DNA from: the human T2T-CHM13v2.0 reference genome, Homo sapiens
Strand: one strand, 5' to 3'
DNA length: 64,000 bases
NCBI RefSeq assembly: GCF_009914755.1
Contig: NC_060943.1
A program made the translations under genes and the position numbers. This document shows positions 33,320 to 51,918 of this stretch, one piece after another. Numbering within the stretch: position 1 is the first letter of the stretch; every line of letters begins with the position of its first letter. Under the pieces are notes generated by a model, which saw only the letters and a list, made by a program, of their open reading frames with translations, made no database searches and was not told the origin of the DNA.

Positions 33320-33955
33320 GGAAGGCTTATACACTGTTGGTGGGAGTGTAAATTAGTTCAGGCCTTATGGAAGACAGTGTGGCGATTCCTCAAAGACCTA
33401 AAGACAGAAATACCATTTGACCCAGCAATCCTGTTACTGGATATATACCCAAAGGAATATAAATCATTGTATTATAAAGACACATACCCACATATGTTCT
33501 CTGCAGCAGTATTCACAATAGCAAAGACATGGAATCAATCTAAATGCCCATCAGTGATAAACTGGATAAAGAAAATGTGGTGTCTATATATACACCATGG
33601 AATACTATGCAGCCATAAAAGAGACTGAGATCATGTCTTTTGCAGGAACATGGATGGAGCTGGAGGTGATAATCCTTAGCAAACTAATGCAGGAACGGAA
33701 ACCAAATACCACACGTTCTAACTTATAAGTGGGAGCTAAATGATGAGAACACAGGGACACAAAGAAGGGAACAACACACACTGGGGCCTTTTGGAAAGTG
33801 GAGGGTGAAAGGAGGGAAAGGATCAGAAAAAATAACTAATGGGTACTAGGCTTAATACCTGGGTGATAAAAGTCTATACAATAAACCCCCATGACACAAG
33901 TTAACCTATATAACAAACCTGCCCTTGTACCTATAAACTTAAACCAAAAAAAAAG
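33320..33955 (+). mobile_element. L1PA 3' end
   Basis: WRFLKDLKTEIPFDPAI ORF2 C-terminus plus 3'UTR. Confidence 0.9.
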
Positions 33956-35102
33956 TTCCCTATATACCTGAAATGAAGACGCATGCTCTAGTTTTCTCTT
34001 CATCACACACTTGCATATTCATGCCCTACACACACTGAACCCCCAGCCCCCAAAACTAATGTCATCAAAAAATTTAATGGGGAATCAAGACAATGTCATG
34101 TTAGGCTAGAATGGAGTTTTGACACCTCACCAAATGATCTTATACAAACAGTTTGTCAGGAAGAAATCTCCTCATTCAAAGACAATAAACATCTCCTGAT
34201 GTACAAAGATGCTATGAGTAAAAGGATGAAAAAAAAAAGAGAGGAGATTAAGAAGAATACACTAGAAATAAATTGACATACAACAGAAGAAATCATAACC
34301 TCCATGAATTCAAGGAATTTACTAAAACAATTAACTGCTTAGGGAAAAACAGATTAAGAATATAGTGATATAAATTTCTGAAAAATAAATTAACAGAACT
34401 CAGTAAAAAAGTAAAAAAAAAAAAAAGCAACACAAAAATAAAAGTCTCCCTGAAAAAAATGAGAAGACCCTGCAAAAACACAAAAGGTGGCAAAGAGCAG
34501 ATTAAGGCAAGTGAGCAACATGAGACGGAAATAAAGATATTTTTTAAAGAAAATAAGAGGAGTTTAATAAAAACATCCAATGAACAAAAGAATCCTTGAA
34601 TTGGCAGTGTAGAACTGTTATCATTATTCACAGTACAAATTTAATAAATACTGTCTTAAAGAGTAGATTCGAATATTTAGTTCAAGAAGTTAACATCATA
34701 AAGATGACACACACACACACACACACAAAAACAAAAAAGAATCCAAACATTCCAAATTACATGGAAGACACACAGAAACAAAGCACAAATATAGAGTATA
34801 TAGTGAAAGATTTATAAAATAGCCACATCAGAAGCATAACATAAAATGCATCTTTCCACACACACACACAAAAAAGCACAAGAACTCCAAAGGATGACAT
34901 TAAAAAGATGACCAAAGGCATATCTGGAGTTGCCAACAGAAAAGAAATAAGAGCCTCCTCCTTAATATTAGATAGGGCTGAATTGCAGGGGAAAAAATAT
35001 TAAACAAGGACACAATGTGAAATGAGTTTCGGATGCCGTGTTTACTATCTGTGCACCAAACTACATAACATCAAAATTTATAAACAAAAACTATAGGAAA
35101 AA

Positions 35103-36340
<1,238 letters not shown>

Positions 36341-36914
36341 GAAATTCATCCTTTTCATTTAGATTTTTTTATTCATTTGCATGAGATAAATTATTTTTCT
36401 AAATTATTTTTAGTACAGTTTTGCTATATACCAGAGCTTCTGATATATATATACCATTTTTATTGTTTTTGAGATATTTTACAATTTTAGTTTTGACTTT
36501 GGCTTTGGAGTGGGTTGCTGAGAACATAGCAGTTTTTCACTAATCCCAGTAAAAACCTACTAGGCTATTGTTTTCTTCTACTCTTCAATGCAGTTAGTTA
36601 ACATATTTGACTTCTGAATCTATCTTCATAATTTCCAGTTCTTTCAGGCATCAAGGTTAACACTGTAAACAAAATAAAACAAAAACCAAAAGCAAGGTTG
36701 AGAATAATTTTAAATATTATTCTTTACCCAAAACTTCAGCATAATGACCAACTATAAAAATGCATGACCTTTCCATTATTTTTTACTGTGTTGGAAATGC
36801 TGAATCAACATTTTAATTTCTTCAAGGACTTTGAACCATTTAAATTCTTACCAATTATATCTATTTTTTGTAAACTTTTATCCTTTTATTTATACTTTCA
36901 TATTTTTGGCATGA

Positions 36915-38894
<1,980 letters not shown>

Positions 38895-39224
38895 CTTACT
38901 TTTTATTTCTAATTTAATGCTCTTAGAAAACAGAATCAGTATGATGGCAAAGGTTTCTATTCTTTGTCTGCCTTGAGAGTAGTGTACTAAAATGGCCAAT
39001 GGCATATTTAATGATTTCTGTTCATTTTTACTTAATATAGTTCAAAAATACATTATTAGTTAAACAAATGTTGATAACTTTTATAATTATTTGTATATTC
39101 TTCCTTTTATAAGTATGAACCATCCTCTTCATCCCTTTAAGTGATTTTCACCTTAAATTCCTTTTGACCTGTTCCTAAATTGCATCCCTAGCTTTCTTTT
39201 GGTTCATTCCTTTATTTTTAAATG

Positions 39225-39600
39225 AGGATAAAAGCAGCCCCTGACCGCTGAGAGTTAGCCTGGTACTATCAGTTAAACCTCAGTTTTGCTAGAAGCTAGC
39301 CTGGCAGGGGCCAGCTAACTCATGGTGTTCTCCATGGCGCTACACAAAAATAATCTCTTGGAACACCAACAGCAAACAAGACCAATCTCTGACCACCATG
39401 GTGGAAGACAAAACCAAGACCACTCTGTCATTATACTTGAGCACAGACAAAAATCACAATCTTCTTCAAACCATAAAAATCTCCTTACTCTGCATAAGGA
39501 AAGTGACTGCCAATTATACCTTTACCAATTATAGCTTTTGCTTCAATCTACCCTTCATATTTTCTAGGTAAAAATGATTAAGATACCCAATCATAAAATT
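39225..39600 (+). mobile_element. Probable ERV LTR fragment
   Basis: gctagcctggc…caaaaccaagaccactct…gcacagacaaaaa LTR-like motifs; family not certain. Confidence 0.4.
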
Positions 39601-40804
39601 TCCCAATAGGAACAGAAGTAGAGGTTCAGTGAAATTCAGCTAGAAGATTCTTATTACCTGTGACTAAAACCAGAAATGAAATTCTACTACAACTTACACA
39701 TGCAACAGAAAGGAAAGACATGAGAAGAATGCCTACTGCTACATAGTTCATAATATGAGCTGTATTTTACCAAACAAATATTTAAAAAGCAATGTGTGAA
39801 AATTTAGTCTACTATGGCACCTTTTGTGAAATAGAAAGAAAAAAATGTGTACTTGTTTTTACTTGTTTATAGAACTAAGCAATCAAAGAAAAAGAATAAA
39901 ATCGGTCCTGTATGTTGAGAAACATGGGGGTAGGTGGGGAACGGAGGTGGGTGAATCACAGATCCATGTTTCCCCTGAATTTGTTTCCTATAACACTTTT
40001 CAGGGTGTGTTGCCTTTAAATGCATTTCTAATTGTTTTTAATTTTTATTTTTTACTATTATTCCCATTTTACCAATATTATTTTTGAACGAAGTGTATAT
40101 ATTCCCTATTCAGAAAACTAAACTTTCCTAATACACTATCACAATATCTCCAGAGGCATAAGAAATAAAATTATACCCATGAAATAAGAACAAGATGCTA
40201 ATCAAAAAGAATATTTAGAAAATAAATTACAGTTATTAAAAATTAAAACGTTGAATTAAAATGTTGATAGTGGTAACGAGAAACTCAAAAGAAGGGCTGG
40301 AAGGCAAATGTGACAAAGCTTCCTGAAAAAGAGAGCAGCAAAGAAATAGGAAACAGTAGAGGGAAAAAAATGGAGAACCAATATCCGAAAAACAGAAATG
40401 TAAAAAAAAAAAAAAAAGAAAGAAAGAAAATATTTGTGTTTGAGGAGGCAGTTTAGGAAGAAACAAGAGAAATACTTTGAAAATCCCACAGAAAAGTGAC
40501 TTCTAACCAGGAAAATCTATCCACAGCCCAAAGATCAATGTAGTGTGATGACAAAATAAACAACAGTTTTTCTTAATAGTCCACCTCTCCACTGTCGCAC
40601 AGATGGCCTCCAGAGACGAAGACATTACCCACATGTTGCTCATTCTCAACAGGAAGATCAAGATTTGTTTCAGGAGCAGCAGGTCTAGAGTCCAGCTGCT
40701 TCCTGTGGCCCAGCTCCCTCCCTCAGTCATGAGGTTCTAGTGACAGACCAGAGATACCTAGTCCTGGATTGAATTCCCACCCCCCTGGGACTCCTCCTTC
40801 TCAC

Positions 40805-40876
40805 CTCATAGGAGCTGCCATGATCCTCTGGAGCCAGGGCTGAGGATTTCTGAGGTGAGGTCCAATTAGCTGGCAT
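40805..40876 (-). CDS. ZNF585A: ZNF585A first coding exon ([24 protein letters not shown]); exon spans 40805-41020 with 5'UTR
   Basis: GCC ATG C start, GAG|gtgag donor phase 0, acceptor gtctttccag| at 41021. Confidence 0.93.
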
Positions 40877-41118
40877 GGCCACACTGGGTCTCAACCCTTT
40901 TTCTGTAGGGTGTCTGAAGCTTGGCAGTCATCTGTGAACTCAAGCAGAGCTGCTCTGAAGAGATGGGCTGGAGTCTAGAGGAAAATCTGGCCCAGGGGCT
41001 CCCCAGAGACACCCAGAAACCTGGAAAGACAATGTTCCCATAGTCAGTCATTTCACATTCAACACATAAGCACTTCCTGGATATATCAAGGTGCAGGTCC
41101 CTGAGCTAGAAACCAAAG

Positions 41119-41312
41119 CAGTGGTTCTCAAATGGGTATGCATTCAAGTTACCTGGAGGACCTGTTAAATGAAACACAGTTAAAAATTCTCAGCCTACTC
41201 CACAGTTTCTGATTCAGTAGGTCTAAAGTAGAACCCAAAAAGTTTCGTTTCTAACTGGTGCCCAGGAAACGCTGATGCTGTCAGTACAGGGACCACACTT
41301 TGAGAACCAGCG
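41119..41312. mobile_element. MER5A (hAT-Charlie)
   Basis: TIRs cagtggttctcaaa / tttgagaaccagcg; tctgattcagtaggtct core. Confidence 0.9.
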
Positions 41313-41426
41313 CTGAGGAGAACATAAAATTTAACAAAATCTGTGATAGGTATTAGTTACGGTGAAATATGGGAAAAGTCATGAGAGATGGAGTAATGTT
41401 ACTGCAGATTTGAACTGCAGCTCTGA

Positions 41427-41739
<313 letters not shown>

Positions 41740-42562
41740 ATTTCTTCACTTTTAATTTCAGAAATGAGGATGAAAATGCTTATCTCAAAGTTACAAAAAT
41801 TAAATGAGATAATACTTGTAAAGTACTCAACACCTCCCAGGCACACAAAAATCATACAATACATATCAGCGATTACCATGCATTATCAGATATTAAAACA
41901 ATATAAAAACAATGTAATAAAAACAAGTAAAACAATAAATATACCAGACAATATTGATCTATATATGTGATAAAAGTGGTATTCAAATGAGTGTGCATAA
42001 GACATTCATTGCATAAATGGCAGTGATATAATGCAGTGATATAACTGGCTGGCCACCTGGAAAAAAACAAACTAGATCTCCATCACACACTATTCAGTAG
42101 GCAAATGCCAGCAGGACTGATCACTTAATTATGTGTATTTGTTAAATCACAAAGACTATTAAAATAAATTTTAGAAGTATACATGTGTATAACACTGTGG
42201 TGGGCTGGGAGGGATCTTATTACACGTGAGAGGAAACACAGACTCTGTAACAGAAAAATCAGATACTTTTGATTAGATGATATTTCCTAACTTTATGTTA
42301 AAATATACCACAAAAAAAAGTAGGACAAAAGATATGAAAATTCACAGAAAAGGAAACAAATGGCAATTAACCAAATAAGATGCCAACTTTAGTAACTGGA
42401 AAATGCATTGGAGCAATTAGATATAATTTTCCCTCAAAATTTTAAAAACTTTTAAAATGCAACAATATCCACTGCTGGAAAAGCATCTGGGAAAATGAGT
42501 TATTTTATAAATTGTTGGTATAAGCTTGAATTGTTATATTTTGAGCTACTTAGTCATATCTA

Positions 42563-42985
<423 letters not shown>

Positions 42986-43334
42986 TTAAGCAGACAAAAT
43001 AATCTGTGAGGAGACAGATATATTTTTTGAATATATGCTTAATTAATATCTATAACAATACAATTAGAGAACATAGTACACTGTTTCTATGTAATAGATG
43101 TGACATTCATGAAAACTGACCACGAACTAGGTCATAAAGCAATTTTTCAATTTGACCATTAAACAGACATTACTTTAAAAAGGAACTTCTAAATAACTCA
43201 TGGATCAAAGAAAAAACCACTTAGATTTGAACAATTTTTAATACAAAGATTCACCAAAACTTGAGAATTTTTATATTAAAGAAGACTGAAAATTAAAAAG
43301 CTGAACTTTCAACTCAGGTTAGAAAGCAAGCTGA

Positions 43335-43585
43335 TTACAGTCCTCACCGATCACCATAACTGACCCTACAGGCTCTGTCACTGACCACAGACTCCCATCA
43401 CTGACCCCCAAACCTCAATCACTCATCCCAAAGAGCTCCATCAATGACCTGAGAAATCCGTCACAATCAACAACGGACGCCACAGAACCCCATCACCGAA
43501 GCCTGAAACCGCAATCACTAACTCCACAGGCAACCTCGACACCCCCTATTACTGGCTCCACAGAAACCCCAATCGTGATCAACCA
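43335..43585. repeat. Degenerate ~21-bp minisatellite (≈CCACAGAnCCCCATCACTGAC) at the start of intron 1
   Basis: cacagactcccatcactgacc, cacagaaccccatcaccgaag, ccacagaaaccccaatcgtgatc etc. Confidence 0.6.
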
Positions 43586-43592
43586 AAATCAC

Positions 43593-43930
43593 CTCAAAGA
43601 TTTATCGGTATTGGAATATGAAAATACTCCTGACACCAGCGGCAAAAAAGCCTTGGAAGACCACTTCCACTTCCGGTCCGACTTCTAGCACCTCCCCTTT
43701 GTAGGCTGTTGATATGGCGCATGCTCTGAATAAACTTGGAAGCCAGTTTCCTCGAACAGTCAACAGGGCGCAGACACAGCGCACAGGTTCCGTAATGTGG
43801 CGCTGTCCGGCAGAGAACATGGCCGCGCCCTTATGGTGTTTATTCGCGTGGGCCGCCATTTTGAAAGCATATCCATTCCGTAGAGCAGAGGAATTGGCCG
43901 CTGGCAGGGTTTCCTAGAGCGAGGCAGGTA
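43593..43930 (-). promoter_or_regulatory. ZNF585A: ZNF585A promoter / non-coding exon 1 (small CpG-rich region)
   Basis: Main non-Alu CpG cluster in the window; tandem ETS CCGGAAGTGGAAGTGG (43661-43676, minus), YY1 CAAAATGGCGGCC (43851-43863, minus), NRF1-like GCGCATGC (~43717); candidate donor AG|GTGATT at 43593/43592. Confidence 0.75.
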
Positions 43931-45401
43931 TAGTTACATAGGATGCTGGAGTGTGACCCTTGTCTGACTAGGCTTCTATTTCGGAGGAGAAAGTTACTGG
44001 AAATGTGGGTCTGGTGCTGTATGTTATATTTAGAAAAGCTAAGTTACCTTTCTGAATACAGGACACTGAGGATAATAATTACCAGGGAATAGAGGAGCCA
44101 GGGAAAAATCACCAAGTGAAGGGGATCCTGGGAGAAACCACAGGCAGATGATAGGAGGAATCAGGATAGTACAGTCCATTTTTTACAGACGCCATTCAGG
44201 GAAAAGGTGGAAAGGTCACTAGGGGAGTCATCTCTTGAGTGAAACCACCCTGAAAGTCTGAGAGACATCTGAATGAGTAGTAGGCTGCAGGAAGAGTGGT
44301 ACAACTTTTAATGGGAGAAACCGCCTTGGGAAATAGGGTAGAAGTCCAATAGTATTAATACAATCCTCTCCTGGGAGATACCACCAGAGGAGGGAGGAGA
44401 AGTCCGGGCGTCCCCTTCTGAAGGGCTGGGTCGGGTGGGAAGGTGAATAGAGATTTGAATCACCCATTACCCTCCACACTAAATACCTCAAGTGCAACTA
44501 TAGTAGGCAGCAATAATAACAACACTAATAGTCTTTAGTATGGCCAACGTGTTACTAAAAGCACCTAAAGAAGACTGTTTTTATTTACCTTGAAGTTAAA
44601 ATATAATTAATAACAATCGCCTTACCATGTCAATGAAGCTTTAAGTGCAGTCTCTGACCCTTAGCTTCTCCTCTGTGGAAATTCTGAAACCTCCTTACTC
44701 CCCTTTTTGGAGGGTGTGGATGAGGAGTTGTAAAGATACAATTCCTTTCACTTGGTGAACTCCTAAACATGATTCACAGCTCAGCTTCTGACAGGAAGTT
44801 CTACCTGAACAGTGGTGGGAAATTATCTACCCAATGTGTTCAGTTCCAGCAGGTGGGAAACTTGTTTTCAGGGAATTGAACCTACACTCTGATGTGGGCA
44901 TGCTGGATGCCTTCAGGCCAGTTATGTCTGTCTCTGGGACTCGGCTTAAAAATATGTTTAGAGAATTAGACTCTGCTGATCTCAGGTTTTCTTTCTTCTC
45001 CGAAAGGACGGTCTAAGGAAACATCTGTGGAAGTCCGTTAGTAAACACACAATTTCTACCAAGGGGCTAAGAATTACTGTTGATTTTGTCAGTAATGCAG
45101 CTCTGTTAAAAAGAAGATGACTTAACTTTTAGGGATTCGTGTGGAAATATTTATGGGTGGAATAATATTAGCTTTAAAAACTCCACTGAGAAAAAAAAAA
45201 CTCCACTGAGAAGGGGTATATGGTATTGCAAAAGAAAATGTTGATAAATGTTAAAGCAGAGTGATAAGTAGACAGAACTCATTATAATGTTCTCTTCCAT
45301 AGTATTTGTGTGAAATTTTCATAGTAAATTTCTAATTTAAAAAGAAAGGAATTAAAAACATTTACAAGGAAACATCAAGAAGACAGCAGGTGTGGTCATA
45401 G

Positions 45402-45944
45402 TGTTAGGGAAGATGAAACCTAGGAGACCCAGAGTGACACCATTTTAAGTTCAGCTCCATCTTGACACTAGCAAGGCACATTCATTGCAAGTCACAACTC
45501 ATGGTCCTAATGTGTTTACAGCGAAGGAAGCAGCCCTGTAATGCCTGCAAAGACAAACTCCTAGAACAACAGAAAGTCCAGATGTCCAATACCCATAACA
45601 ATAAATGCTTTCAAGATCATTATAGTTATACTTTGATGTACTTACTAAAATGTCAGGGATAGTTTTCTTTAAATCAATAGAATAATAAATTTTGTCATAA
45701 TGTCAGGCCACCCACGCATAGGCACAGCTTACTTTAGTCTTTACATAGACAAGACCCCTATATAAGAAAAGCTTAACAGATGTTCCTCCACTTGCTTTCT
45801 GAGGACACCCTACTCTGTTGTGGAGTAGCTTTCAATAAACTATCTCTTCTCACTGCACTCTACAACCCACCTGGAATTCTTTCCTGCATGAGATCAAGAA
45901 CCCTCTCTTGGAGTCTGGATTGAGACCCTTTTATTTCCATAACA
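45402..45944 (+). mobile_element. ERV1 solo LTR (LTR26/MER41-related)
   Basis: TG…CA termini, TATA and AATAAA, 4-bp TSD atag. Confidence 0.85.
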
Positions 45945-45961
45945 ATAGTATTATACAAACA

Positions 45962-46597
<636 letters not shown>

Positions 46598-47077
46598 TTA
46601 CTACTGAGAGAAAGATTTAAAACTCAAGAGAATTCTAAGGATATTTTGAGAAATCCATTTGAAAATGTAATAAAATAGGAAGTTTCCTAGGAAAACACAG
46701 ATGAAAATTGCCATGTATAGGAAGAAAATTTGGATAGGCCAAAAACAATAAAAGAAATTGAATTGGTAGCATATGCAAAAACCAATCCTATGTGTATTAA
46801 TGATTCAAATGTTAAAAACATAGCTTTAAGACTTTTAGTAAAAATATTAGTAAATGTGTTTTAGACTCTGTGGCAATGGAAAGATCTCTTAAACAGAACA
46901 CCAAAAAAGTATTATATATAAAAGGTTGATAAAACTGACTATATTAAAATAATAATTTTTGTTCATCAAGTGATAGTAAAGAGAATGAAAAGGCAAGGTA
47001 TAAACTGGTGCAGATACACATAGAACACAGGCTACCCGAGATAGCAGGAATATGCTTTTTAAAAAACCCTCCAAATC

Positions 47078-47299
47078 GGCTGGGCGCGATCTCGGCTCAC
47101 TGCAACCTCCGCCTCCCGGGTTCAAGCGAGTCTTCTGCCTCAGCTGGGATCACAGGCGCCTGCCTAATTTTTGTATTTTTAGTAGAGACGGGGTTTCACC
47201 ATGTTAGCCAGGCTGGTTTTGAACTCCTGACCTCAGGTGATCCACCTGCCTTGGCCTCCCAAAGTGCTGGGATTACAGGCGTGAACCACCGCACCCAGC
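47078..47299 (-). mobile_element. Chimeric Alu: 11-nt plus-strand head fused to a tail-less minus-strand Alu
   Basis: ggctgggcgcg|atctcggctcactgcaacc. Confidence 0.8.
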
Positions 47300-47783
47300 T
47301 ATGCATGCATTTTTATGCGCTGGGAGTGAAGGTGTAGGATTAACCAGCCTTCTCAGGAAAAGCATTATAGCTATGCTATAACTATTATACTCTGTTATAA
47401 CTACAGCATAATTATATACAACACTATAACAGAGACTGTGAATGATCATACTAGTGATGTCTTTTGAGGGGCAGCATTGCATGGGGGTTGGTATAATGGA
47501 CTCTGTAGTTATCTGTCCTGGGTTTGAATCTCTCTGTGCTGTTGACTAGCTCTGTGATCTTGGGCGAGCTCCTTCATTCCTCTGTGACTCAGATTATTCA
47601 TGTGGAAAAGGTGAATATAATAATTGTAGCTATCTCAAGCATTATGTAAATTGAATGAGTTTATACATTTAACGAGTCTAGAACAGGGGCCTAGTATACA
47701 TTAAACACGTCCCTAAAATTTGCTGTAGTCATCATCATCATTATCATCATCATCACAATTAGCACTGTTGTGGGTGCCACATC

Positions 47784-48087
<304 letters not shown>

Positions 48088-48655
48088 GGGTGCTACATCA
48101 TTTCAGCCTCACATAGACCTTACAATGTGCAGACTATTCCCCTCTGGCTTACAAGACTGTCATCATTCCTAATAGTGGTATCAATTGCAATGACAATAGT
48201 AACAAATGCAAGTAACCACAATGTCCATGTGGTAGCCAGCCTCCAAGATTGTTCTCAATCAATCTTACCTCCTCGATATTCAAACTTCTATGTAGTCTCC
48301 TTTCACAAACAAAAGTGACCACTGTAACCAATACAGCCACCATGTGGTGAAGACACTCAAGTATTCTTGTGGTGGGTTCCTTGTGGTGAGAAATTGAGGC
48401 CTTTCACCTTCTGCTCATAGTCATGTGAGCGAGCTTGGAATCGGATCGAATTAGCTTCAGTCAGCCTTCAGATGACTGCATTTCTGCCATGTCAACATCC
48501 TGATTGCAACCTCATGAGAGCTCCTGAGCCAGAACCACCCAACTAACCTTTTAGATTTTCAGTCCTCGGAGACTATGCAAGAGAATAAGTGTTTATAGTC
48601 ACTTTAAGTCACTAACATTTGGGTAATTTAGTGATAATTTTCTGTGATATTATTA

Positions 48656-49017
<362 letters not shown>

Positions 49018-51609
49018 CACTCAGACTGAGGGATTTATAAACAAGAGACATTTATTGCTTATAGTTGTGGTGGCTGAGAGGTCCAAGATTAAGATGCCAG
49101 AACATTCAGTGTCTGGTGACAACTCCCTGCTTCATAGATTGTGCCATCTTGCTATGTCCTCATACAGTGGAAAGGGCAAACAAGCTCCCTTAGACGACTT
49201 TTATAAGGTACTGATCCAACTCATGTGAGCAAAGTCCTCATGACCTAATTATCTGCCAAAGGCCCCACCTCTTAATATTATCCCACTGGGGATTAGGCTT
49301 TAATATGAACTTCGAAGGGACACAGACATTTAGACCATAGCAATAGACAACACTGCATTATAAATGGGCCCATTTTTCAGAGTATAATAGAACACACCGG
49401 GTTCTCAGGATTGGCATTTATTATAGTCACAAACTTTATATAAATGCTTGTATTAATGTGGTGTTTACATTATCCTATTTCACAGATGGAAACAGAAAAT
49501 ACCAGCTTTTTTAAAATAGCAATATCTATTATTATAATAAATATTGAAATAACACCATAATAATATCACTAAGGAAGTAATCTAATTGTGTTGATTTTGC
49601 AGAGGGAGAAAAACATTACCTCTAGAGCTGAGGCTATTGTGCTCATGCAAACTCCAATCTGAAGGTGGTAGAAACTAGAAGGGACAGGATTTCTTAGCAT
49701 CAGAGTTCATAAATTATTCATGGTATCTTAATAATTAAAGGCATGTAACAAATAGCGACAAAGATTGTGATATTAGTTATAAATTATGATAATTATACTT
49801 AAAACCAATAATAGAATCAACATAAGGTAGAATTAAGTATTGTAGTGAATAAGTGGTATGATATGGGGAGTGGGGAGTAGAGCAGGATAGGGTGGGGTAG
49901 GATATAACATAGATAAGAGTCACATGGGCACAGTAGCCTCACTGAAGCTGAGGGTGGAGGGCTCAATTCATTCTGACATTAGGGCAAGTGTGCATGACAA
50001 CCATGGCTTTAACCTGACTTTGGTCACGGGGTCATCTTCTGCCACACCGCATCACGTTCATTTTCCAATTAAGTGCCTGAGACCCAGAACCCTCAGCCCT
50101 GCCACATTCCTCTTGTTCCCTAGGTTCCATATTTGCTGGTGGCTGCTCCAGTGAATGGGGTGGAGCATATGGCACTGATGATGGGGAACGGGATTGAAAG
50201 TACTAGGGTGGATGCCAATGGTAATAGACCTCTGCCACTGGGTCCCTTACGACTGTCCTCCACCGACATGGTATGCCACTGTGACCAAGAGGAGGCTGAG
50301 TTGGGAGACCTTGTGGAATGCCAGGGAAGGATGTAGGTAGGATACTTGGGAGGAGGGTAGCAGGGTGGTTGGGCACCACCCGCACATGGAATTAGGGCTG
50401 GGATATGCTGAAGCATGGGGTGGGGCATTAGATTTTGAATTAGAGGACCTGGAACCAACCCTACCACCTCCCACGCATTTAGCCAATGTGTGTGGGGCAT
50501 TTGGTCAATGTCAATACTATTGTTATTATTCATTCGTTCATTCGTTTGTTCATTCATTAACACATTTAACAAGCTTGTACTGAATGTCTGCTTTGTGCTG
50601 GCACCATGTTGGGTGCCTTGGACACAGCAGAAACAAGACAGACCAAGTCCAGGTCTCATGAGGTCTAGTGGAAAGGTTGGATGAAAAACCAAAAAAAAAG
50701 AAATATTTAATATCAAATCAGATGGTGATGCCTGCAACACAAATATATACAAAATAATACAGCAGAAAGTGACCCCAATGGATGTGTTACTTCAGATACA
50801 AATGGTGGGGTGGATGCTTTTCAAAGATGGGGGAAGAAAGCAAGATGCATGGGCACTGGGGAAGCAGTGTATGCCCAGAGAACACAGTTGGTGCAAAAGC
50901 CCAAAGCTGGAGAAAGCTTCCTTGGTGCTAAATCAGCCAGAATTGGGATTCTTGACAAACAATAAAAATATTGACCACCTCCAACTGCAGGCTGTCTGAA
51001 CCCTATGACCCGTTATTATAGTTATAACTTTATACTATAAACATTAAATGTGATTATGTAAAAGTAGAAATAACTAAAATGTTACATGAAAGTTTGATAT
51101 ATAAAATATAAAAATTATATAATCATACGATACTATATATTATATAAAATGGAAACTATTTTGTAGTAGGTATAATATCATAATGTGCTATAACATACTG
51201 TCAACACAATATACAGTGTATGATATGCACACATAAAATAAAATACATAAATCTATATTTATAATCTAGTATCTAATAATTTTTCAAATGTCATTTAAAC
51301 TATCACATAGTAAAATAAAACAGTACTTCTGAGATTCATCCATGTTGCAGCCAGTGTCAATAAATCACTTCTTTTCATGTTGGGGTAGTATTCTATTGTA
51401 TAGATGTTTAATTAGTCACCCACTGTTTAATTAGTCACCCACTGTTACATTTGGGTTGTTTCCTAATTTTGGCAATTATACAGTTGCTGTGAAATTTGAG
51501 TACCCGTGTTTTTATATAAACAATTTTTCACTTATCTAGGGCAAATACCTAGGAGAGGGATTGGTGGGTCATATGATAAGTGTATGTTTAACAGTATAAG
51601 AAGCTGTCA

Positions 51610-51918
<309 letters not shown>

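Noticed and set aside
50120-50752. 210-aa ORF and a faint WW-domain-like stretch (WRTVVRDP.AEVYYHWH) in an overlapping frame
   Set aside because: Partly L2-derived, not open in the paralogous copy, motif not preserved there
51405-51442. 19-bp tandem duplication (similar local duplication at ~37612-37680)
   Set aside because: Ordinary slippage events in repeat or intronic DNA
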